Shown: positions 57,549 through 64,000 of the stretch, in pieces
Layout: each line of letters begins with the position of its first letter
Numbering within the stretch: the first letter of the stretch is position 1
Source of the DNA: Opitutaceae bacterium
Lineage (GTDB): Bacteria > Verrucomicrobiota > Verrucomicrobiia > Opitutales > Coraliomargaritaceae
Assembly (NCBI GenBank): GCA_051252375.1
Contig: JBPOFY010000003.1
Coordinates: 352,001 to 416,000 of the forward strand
Direction of reading: 5' to 3'
DNA length: 64,000 bases
Notes under the pieces: model-generated
What the model was told of the DNA's origin: nothing
Seen by the model: the letters and a program-made list of their open reading frames with translations, nothing else
The model's database searches: none
Position numbers and translations under genes: made by a program

Positions 57549-59888
57549 TTACTTTGCGCGGCGGCGAAGTGCGATTGCGAAGAATGCAAGCAAGCCAGCT
57601 AGGAGTGCGTAGGTTGAAGGCTCAGGGACAACTGTTAATGTTCCGTCTGTTAAGAGGTTGCTAGTGTCGAAGCTCAAGCCCCCACCTAAGTCAGTGCCAT
57701 TAATGGAGCTGAAGCTACCTGCGAAGCTGGCCCAGTCTTCAAAGACTAGGAAGGTATCATTGAGAACTGCAGTATAACCATCGACGACCAGATTGAGCGT
57801 GCCACCCGCAGTCAAAGTGTTGCCTGTGTCACCCAGAAGGACATCAAATTCACCTGCTAAACCAGTGCCTGTAAACTCAAGTATGGTTGTTGCAGCACCT
57901 GTGAGGGTTAGATCTTCGGTAAAGCTCATGGTGCCTGGGCTGTTGCCTGGGCTGAGTGTGCCGGAAACAGTGATGGCACCACCGAGGATACCAGAACCAC
58001 TCAATGTGCCACCTGCGTTGACTGTCACTGTGCCAGTTTGAGTTGCGGCATTGTTATTGTCCCAGATTAGTTCACCACCGCTCACGGTTATGTCGCCAAG
58101 AGCGGTGCTATATCCACCGTTACGACCAAAGATTTGCGTGCCGTCGCCAGTCTTAATGATGTTGATTGCATTGGTGCCATTAAAGTTGGCGTTCCATTGA
58201 TAGCTTTCACCGATAGCGACGTTGAGTGTCAGTGTTGCTGTGGAAGCACCATTGTTTTGGACTTCTCTGGTGTGGCTGCCAGAAATGAAGCTGAGGCCGC
58301 CAGCTTGCTGGTCGAGTCCATTCATATCGAAAGCCGAGGTGCCTGAGCCTGCACCGCCGATGGCCAAGACAGATTCGCTTGAAATCGCGTTGACGACGCC
58401 TGCTGTGAAAATACTTTTATCAATCGTAGTTGTGCCCTTATAGGTTTGAGCTGCATTGACGGTAAATGCTGCGGATGTCGCAGTAGTTCCGGTTGTCACT
58501 TTTACGCCACCATCGCCGCTAATGATACCAGCATAAGTGACAGCATCCGAGCGATTGAAGAAAAGCGTGCCATCATTGGCGACGTTTTTATTGTCGATTG
58601 TGCCTACGGTATCACCAGTGCCAACTTGTAAGGTGCCGGATGCGCCAATACTGATTGCCCCATCAATTTCCCCAGTGGCCACACGCCAAACAAGGTTACC
58701 ACCATTGGCAGTCAGGTTTCCGATGGCTCTCGTGTAGCCTGCGGCACGATTAAAGATTTGTTCTCCCTCACCAGTCTTAACGAAGTCGATTTTGCCAGTA
58801 GCGTTACTTGAGTTAACATTGGCATTGAAGCTATAGCTTTCCCCGGTGTCCACATCGATCGTCACGACCGCTGTAGAGTTTCCTGCATTGTTTCGGATTT
58901 CACGGGTGCCTCCGATGTCGTTGTAGAGTCCCTTAATCGCTAGGTCATTGCCGAGCAGGTTAAGGCGACTGGTTTTTCCTGATATCCCGCCGAGGACTAG
59001 AACGGAGTTCGATATCGCATTGTCATTGGTGATGTTGACCTGACCTTCCCCAATCCGGAATAAACCGGCAGTGAGAGCCGTGTTTGCCTGAGTGAATGTG
59101 ATGATGCGATTACCGGCACCCATATCGACAACAAACTCGTCTATGTTGCCTGTAAGCGTACCGTTTAGAGTCGTATTACCGTTGCCAGTAAATCGGTTTG
59201 AGAAGGTAATTGTTCCGCCGCCCAATTCCCAGTTGTTTGCGTAGGATTGGTTGGCGTTTCGCTCGTGTATGTATGTTGATCCGGCGGCTAGTTTGACGGT
59301 TTCAAATTCGCCGATGCTGGCGGCGTGTCCAATTACCGTTGTCGCCGAAGTCACATCAAGGGTGGCTCCAGAAACCTGCCAAGTGCCGTTGGCATTGTTC
59401 TGTGGGTTTTGACCGGTGTCAAATGTGCCTCCACCTTGAACGGTCAAGGTATCGCCGCTGGTCATGGCAAGGCGAGTATTATAGTCGTTCCCGTCGTTGA
59501 AAAACTCGATCTCGCCGCCGCCGGTATCCCAAGTTGCACCGCCGGATGCGATGGTGATGGTGTCACCTGCAGTACCGTTTAGCGTCGACCCTTTAAACTC
59601 CAATATGCCGCCGCCGCCGTAGGTTAGATCACCCACTGTCACTCCGGAAGTGGTGAGATCGACTTGGTATGTGCCGCTGCCAAAAACCGCCTCTGTAGCT
59701 CCTGTGTTGTCCCAGGTGGTATCGATTGTGCCGTTCCACCAGTTACTGGTTGTGGTGTCCCAAGTGCCGTTACCGCCGTCGTCGGCCAGGTTTAGGTCGG
59801 GATCCCAAGTGAGTTGCGCTTGGGCAGTTAGGGTGCTTAAAAGCAGTCCTGCTGTTAGTATGGTGGTGGTTTGATAGAATTTATTCAT
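57549..59888 (-). CDS. PEP-CTERM protein with autotransporter-passenger-like beta-strand repeats (putative adhesin)
   Basis: G/T/N-rich; FVKTGEGEQIF and IIKTGDGTQIF repeats; GTLSPGNSPG; C-terminal VPEPSTYALLAGLLAFFAIALRRRAK. Confidence 0.9.
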   Translation of the reverse strand: MNKFYQTTTILTAGLLLSTLTAQAQLTWDPDLNLADDGGNGTWDTTTSNWWNGTIDTTWDNTGATEAVFGSGTYQVDLTTSGVTVGDLTYGGGGILEFKGSTLNGTAGDTITIASGGATWDTGGGEIEFFNDGNDYNTRLAMTSGDTLTVQGGGTFDTGQNPQNNANGTWQVSGATLDVTSATTVIGHAASIGEFETVKLAAGSTYIHERNANQSYANNWELGGGTITFSNRFTGNGNTTLNGTLTGNIDEFVVDMGAGNRIITFTQANTALTAGLFRIGEGQVNITNDNAISNSVLVLGGISGKTSRLNLLGNDLAIKGLYNDIGGTREIRNNAGNSTAVVTIDVDTGESYSFNANVNSSNATGKIDFVKTGEGEQIFNRAAGYTRAIGNLTANGGNLVWRVATGEIDGAISIGASGTLQVGTGDTVGTIDNKNVANDGTLFFNRSDAVTYAGIISGDGGVKVTTGTTATSAAFTVNAAQTYKGTTTIDKSIFTAGVVNAISSESVLAIGGAGSGTSAFDMNGLDQQAGGLSFISGSHTREVQNNGASTATLTLNVAIGESYQWNANFNGTNAINIIKTGDGTQIFGRNGGYSTALGDITVSGGELIWDNNNAATQTGTVTVNAGGTLSGSGILGGAITVSGTLSPGNSPGTMSFTEDLTLTGAATTILEFTGTGLAGEFDVLLGDTGNTLTAGGTLNLVVDGYTAVLNDTFLVFEDWASFAGSFSSINGTDLGGGLSFDTSNLLTDGTLTVVPEPSTYALLAGLLAFFAIALRRRAK

Positions 59889-59982
59889 ATCGATGGGTAT
59901 TAGGGAGGGGGAGGCGTTGGGTATACAGTTATTCGAATAAATGCATGATGCACTTGATACAGATAAACATGGGCTTTTCTGG

Positions 59983-60041
59983 ATTATATACAGACGATTG
60001 AAAATAAATACCTGATTCTAGGCATATTCTTGGACATTGAG
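59983..60041 (-). promoter_or_regulatory. Conserved upstream element of PEP-CTERM gene (copy B), ending in TATAAT on the sense strand
   Basis: Sense strand ...TTTTCAATCGTCTGTATATAAT; homologous to 57355-57410. Confidence 0.6.
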
Positions 60042-60370
60042 TGGTTTAACGTTCCTTAAATCGTTGCTTGATAGTTATTTAAGTTTTAATTTGATTGCTT
60101 AAGGAAATCCTTAAGATTTGTAAATATTTTTGGAAATATGCAGGATATGGCTCTGTTTTGGGTGAGATTTGAAGGAAATCTGCCTAAAAAGGCGGTTTTT
60201 AGATGAAAATGGGTCGTTTGTGGGATCTTGCCTACATCGACCCTCCGGGCACTCCCTAGGGTGCCCTTTATAATATATATATTTGAAGGTGGCTTAATTA
60301 TGCGGCTGGGAGGTGTGATGAATGGCACTACCACGAGAGTATATACAGAGATGATATATGTAACTTCATT

Positions 60371-60476
60371 TGGAGGGCAGTGCTCTGTTCTAACCTGAGC
60401 CTGTCGAAGTGTCACCGCCGCGGAAACGCCTAAATGCATCGAACCATCAGCGGTTGCGACGGAGCGCAACCCTCCA
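60371..60476. repeat. GGAG-type REP doublet with a 24-bp insertion in the left hairpin loop
   Basis: Left TGGAG-GGCAGTG-CTCTGT-[60389-60412]-CACCGCC; right (minus) TGGAG-GGTTGCG-CTCCGT-CGCAACC. Confidence 0.65.
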
Positions 60477-60695
60477 GCTTTTCACCAAGTTCCTTCTTAA
60501 GGCTGTGCCATTCGAGGTGCGATTGCAGAACATGAATGGTGCCGATGAAGCACGATTTTCGACCAAATGGTAGTCCGGTCGGAATGTTATTCGCGTGATT
60601 CGCTAATTACGTTGTTAAGAATTAAGTCTGTGCCACGTTTATGATTTTATTACCCCTATCACCGTCTTTTAGTGGGTGTTACATTTTTCGAATTT

Positions 60696-63600
60696 ATGAG
60701 ACAGTATTTACATTCTGCTATTCAGATCTTTGCTTTGCTGGCCTGTTGCACCTGTGTGACAGTAACAGCGGCGTCCACTCGTGAAGTGCTCCAGTTTGAT
60801 GCGGATTGGCAGTTTGCATTGGGGGATCATCCGGATGCGAAGGCATCTGATTTTAATGCTTCCACTTGGCGCACTTTGAATGTGCCGCACGATTGGGCCT
60901 TTGAAGCGGATTACGAAGCGACGGCCGCTCAAGGAGCCAACGGCGGCTACAAGCCGGGCGGGATCGGTTGGTATCATAAGCGCTTCGACTTGCCGTCAGG
61001 TTGGCAGGGTAAGTTGGTGTCGCTGCAGTTTGATGCTGTTTACATGAATAGTGAGGTCTGGATCAACGGGCACTATCTCGGTAAGCGCCCGTATGGCTAT
61101 ATCCCATTTCAGCATGATCTTTCCGAATATTTAGTGTCCGGTAAGAATTCGATAGCCGTTCGAGTCGATAGCCGCTTGGAGCCTTCAGCCCGTTGGTATC
61201 ATGGTTGTGGTATTTATGGTCATGTGAATTTAGTCGCGACGGATGCTGTCCATATCCCGAAGGATGGAATCTATGTCCGCACACCAGGTGCGACGAGTCG
61301 TGCGGCAACGGTGCTAGTGGATACTGAACTAAAAAATGCCTCTCAGCAGAAGCAGCGTTTCATCTTAAGGTCACAGATCTTGAACTCGGATGGCAGGGTT
61401 GTTGCGGAGTCTCGTGAGAATGTGGACTTGGCTGCCGGCGGATCTCGGACTGTTGCGCAGGCGATCTCTTTAAACAGTCCTGAGTTGTGGAGTGTCGATA
61501 GTCCTACGCGCTACACGCTGCTGAGCACGCTGAGCACGGGTGATGAAGTGCTGACACGCTTCGGCGTGCGTGATATTCGCTGGATGACGGATACCGGCTT
61601 TTGGTTGAATGGTGAAAATATTAAATTACTGGGTGTTGCCGATCACCTGGAGGCTGGCCCGGTTGGCGCGGCGATCCCTGACGAGTTGAATCGCTGGAAG
61701 ATACAGTTGCTCAAAGATATGGGCTGCAATGCGATTCGTGTGGCGCACAATCCGCAAGTGCCAGCATTCTACGATCTATGCGATGAGTTAGGTATGCTTG
61801 TGATGGATGAGATCTTCGATGGTTGGTCTCGTAAGGCAAAGGAAGACTACGGCAAGCAGGCGTTTAAAGAATGGTGGGAACGTGACCTGCGCGCATGGCT
61901 GAAGGCGAATCGCAATCACCCGTCGGTGATCATTTGGAGCCTGGGTAATGAGACCGGCGGGCAGATCGCTAAAAGCTTAGTCGAGGTTTGTCATGAGATG
62001 GATCCGACTCGTCCGACAACATCAGGGCATTCCGGTTCGAATCACATGGATGTTTACGGAGTCAATGGCGGTTCCGAGTCACCTGAATTTTTTAAGAAAA
62101 AACGTCCGAGCAAACCATTCGTTTCCACCGAGGCACCACATACTTGGCAGGTGCGTGGATACTATCGCTCGCAGACATGGTATCGCGATGGTCCTAAGAC
62201 GCCCAATAAAGTGTTCCCACTTCCGGACCTGACCGAGGAGGAGATCTTTACATACGATTGGATTGCACCCGATGAGCGTAAGAATCGGAAACAGATTTTT
62301 AATTCATCTTACGACAATGCCACGGTTCGAATCACGGCGCGTAAGAACTGGGAGCTGATGCGCGATCTACCTTGGTATAGTGGTCACTTCCGTTGGACAG
62401 GATTTGATTACGTCGGCGAGGCTGGCTATGTGCATGGCGGTTGGCCGTTTCGTGCATTCATGGGCGGTGCGCTCGACCTAGCTGGTTTCGAAAAGGACCT
62501 CTACTATTTTTATCAGAGTCAGTGGACGACTGAACCGATGGTGCATATTCTGCCGCACTGGACGCATCCGAAAATGAAGCTAGGCACGCTGGTCCCAGTC
62601 TGGGTCTATTCCAACTGCGATGAGGTCGAACTCTTTTTCAATGGACAATCACTGGGCAAGGATCGCCCTGGAACCAAGTGGGATGAAATGCAGTGTGACT
62701 GGATGGTGCCTTGGGCACCGGGGAAGTTGCTCGCAGTGGGCTATAAGAATGGTCGCGAGGTGATGCGTGCGGAGCAGGCCACAGCAGGGGTGCCGGCTCA
62801 GTTGGAGCTGAGTGTAGAGGGCAAGGACTATCCGATCGTTACCGTTCGCCAGGAAGATACGAATGGTGTGCTGAACCCATATGGGGAAAATCGCATCTAC
62901 TACCATGTGGATGGTTCGGCGCGGATACTTTCACTCGAAAGTGGTAACCCGGTGAACATCGAGAACCACTACGGTCAAAATTCGCGCACGGCATTCTTTG
63001 GCTTAGCACGATGCTTCCTAGAAAACACATCCAACCTCGGCGATGTCTCGTTGGTTGCGGGTTCAATTCTAGGGGAGAAGCAGTTGATGACTTCCAACAC
63101 TATCAGTATTGATGTATGCACATTATCGATACGTGGTGCTGCCAATCCAGGTGATGTGAAAATTCTCTACTCCGTTGATGGCAGCAAGCCGACACGTGAA
63201 TATACAGGTGCGTTTGAGGTGATCCCGAATACTACGGTCAAAGCGATCGTTAGTCGCGGTGGGCAAACTCTATTCGAAATGAGCGAGCGCTTTGGTCCAA
63301 ATGAAGGACTTCACTGGGGCAGCTTAGAGGACATGAAGGCGAGCGCAGCAAATGCCGGTGGTGATCAAGCCGAAGACGTCTTGTTTGAAAAAGCAAAGGT
63401 GTCGAAGTCGGGCAAAGGCTATCATGGTAAAGGCTATCTTGATTTTGGTAGCAACAAGGGGGCCTTTGTTGAATGGTATCAGGAAAACGATGGCACCGCG
63501 GGACCTGCCAATCTGAAGATTCGCTATAGTGGTCATGCCAAGAAGCGGACCGGGCGTGAAATGCGACTGACCGTGAATGGTTCAAGCCAGATCATTTTCT

Positions 63601-63737
63601 TCCCCAATACAAAGGATTATGGAACTGATTGGAAGGAGTTGGAACTCAAGATTCAGCTTAAGGCCGGTGCCAATAACATACGATTGACCACCACTGAGAG
63701 TGGCGGCATGTGCATCGATGAGATCACTGTCCGATAG
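60696..63737 (+). CDS. Secreted GH2 glycoside hydrolase with C-terminal CBM35/CBM6-like module
   Basis: [45 protein letters not shown]-terminal [10 protein letters not shown]...[10 protein letters not shown]; likely start 60696. Confidence 0.9.
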   Translation: MRQYLHSAIQIFALLACCTCVTVTAASTREVLQFDADWQFALGDHPDAKASDFNASTWRTLNVPHDWAFEADYEATAAQGANGGYKPGGIGWYHKRFDLPSGWQGKLVSLQFDAVYMNSEVWINGHYLGKRPYGYIPFQHDLSEYLVSGKNSIAVRVDSRLEPSARWYHGCGIYGHVNLVATDAVHIPKDGIYVRTPGATSRAATVLVDTELKNASQQKQRFILRSQILNSDGRVVAESRENVDLAAGGSRTVAQAISLNSPELWSVDSPTRYTLLSTLSTGDEVLTRFGVRDIRWMTDTGFWLNGENIKLLGVADHLEAGPVGAAIPDELNRWKIQLLKDMGCNAIRVAHNPQVPAFYDLCDELGMLVMDEIFDGWSRKAKEDYGKQAFKEWWERDLRAWLKANRNHPSVIIWSLGNETGGQIAKSLVEVCHEMDPTRPTTSGHSGSNHMDVYGVNGGSESPEFFKKKRPSKPFVSTEAPHTWQVRGYYRSQTWYRDGPKTPNKVFPLPDLTEEEIFTYDWIAPDERKNRKQIFNSSYDNATVRITARKNWELMRDLPWYSGHFRWTGFDYVGEAGYVHGGWPFRAFMGGALDLAGFEKDLYYFYQSQWTTEPMVHILPHWTHPKMKLGTLVPVWVYSNCDEVELFFNGQSLGKDRPGTKWDEMQCDWMVPWAPGKLLAVGYKNGREVMRAEQATAGVPAQLELSVEGKDYPIVTVRQEDTNGVLNPYGENRIYYHVDGSARILSLESGNPVNIENHYGQNSRTAFFGLARCFLENTSNLGDVSLVAGSILGEKQLMTSNTISIDVCTLSIRGAANPGDVKILYSVDGSKPTREYTGAFEVIPNTTVKAIVSRGGQTLFEMSERFGPNEGLHWGSLEDMKASAANAGGDQAEDVLFEKAKVSKSGKGYHGKGYLDFGSNKGAFVEWYQENDGTAGPANLKIRYSGHAKKRTGREMRLTVNGSSQIIFFPNTKDYGTDWKELELKIQLKAGANNIRLTTTESGGMCIDEITVR

Positions 63738-63741
63738 GCAT

Positions 63742-64000
63742 ATGAGAACTATGCAAAGTAAACGGATTATTTTCTTGCTGACGCTTTTGTGTGGGCTATC
63801 AGCTGCCGTCGCCGCGCCAAGGAATTTCCTGTTCATCTTGGTCGATGACTTAGGGGTGAAGGATCTAGGCGTGGAGGGGAGTGCGTTCTACGAAACACCA
63901 AACATCGACTCATTGGCGCGTTCTGGAATGCGCTTCACAAACGGCTACGCAGCCTGTCAGGTTTGTAGCCCATCGCGTGCGAGTATCATGTTGGGCACGA
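63742..64000 (+). CDS. Secreted sulfatase (S1), 5' part only
   Basis: Hand translation [38 protein letters not shown]...ETPNIDSLA...[11 protein letters not shown]. Confidence 0.88.
   Translation, partial: MRTMQSKRIIFLLTLLCGLSAAVAAPRNFLFILVDDLGVKDLGVEGSAFYETPNIDSLARSGMRFTNGYAACQVCSPSRASIMLGT

Noticed and set aside
57549..59888. Classical autotransporter
   Set aside because: It has passenger-like repeats but ends in PEP-CTERM, not a beta-barrel.
60086..60469. 127-aa ORF on the minus strand
   Set aside because: It runs through a REP doublet and AT-rich promoter DNA and has no recognisable protein features.

Overview
This 64-kb window is gene-dense and looks like a marine verrucomicrobium of the Opitutae/Puniceicoccales type (Lentimonas/Coraliomargarita-like). 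That is an inference from PEP-CTERM proteins, PilX-like 'Verru_Chthon cassette A'-like proteins, the style of the LacI regulators and the enzyme set. Most of it is a sulfated-glycan catabolic region: two beta-helix lyase-like paralogues (fucoidan lyase FdlA-like motifs), an alginate-lyase/heparinase-fold protein, GH39, GH3, GH78, GH29, GH2, a GH43-like propeller, an O-acetylesterase, four sulfatases, an anaerobic sulfatase maturase, two sodium:solute symporters, eda, manA and two LacI regulators. The most striking unexplained structure is at 29.6-32.5 kb. A four-helix-bundle gene (23S-IVP/Avd-like) sits inside a sugar-redox operon between two oppositely oriented octamer arrays that could pair in the mRNA and loop out the ORF. 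The two neighbouring gene junctions carry the same arm pair with no ORF ('empty' versions). Other non-coding signals are a 12-bp motif at four promoters, a perfect 24-bp palindrome, matching promoter and terminator sequences on two different PEP-CTERM genes, REP-like doublets (two with a second tiny element in the hairpin loop) and C-rich leaders without a Shine-Dalgarno site. I found no rRNA, tRNA, CRISPR array, transposase or reverse transcriptase. All calls come from reading motifs by eye; no database search was run.
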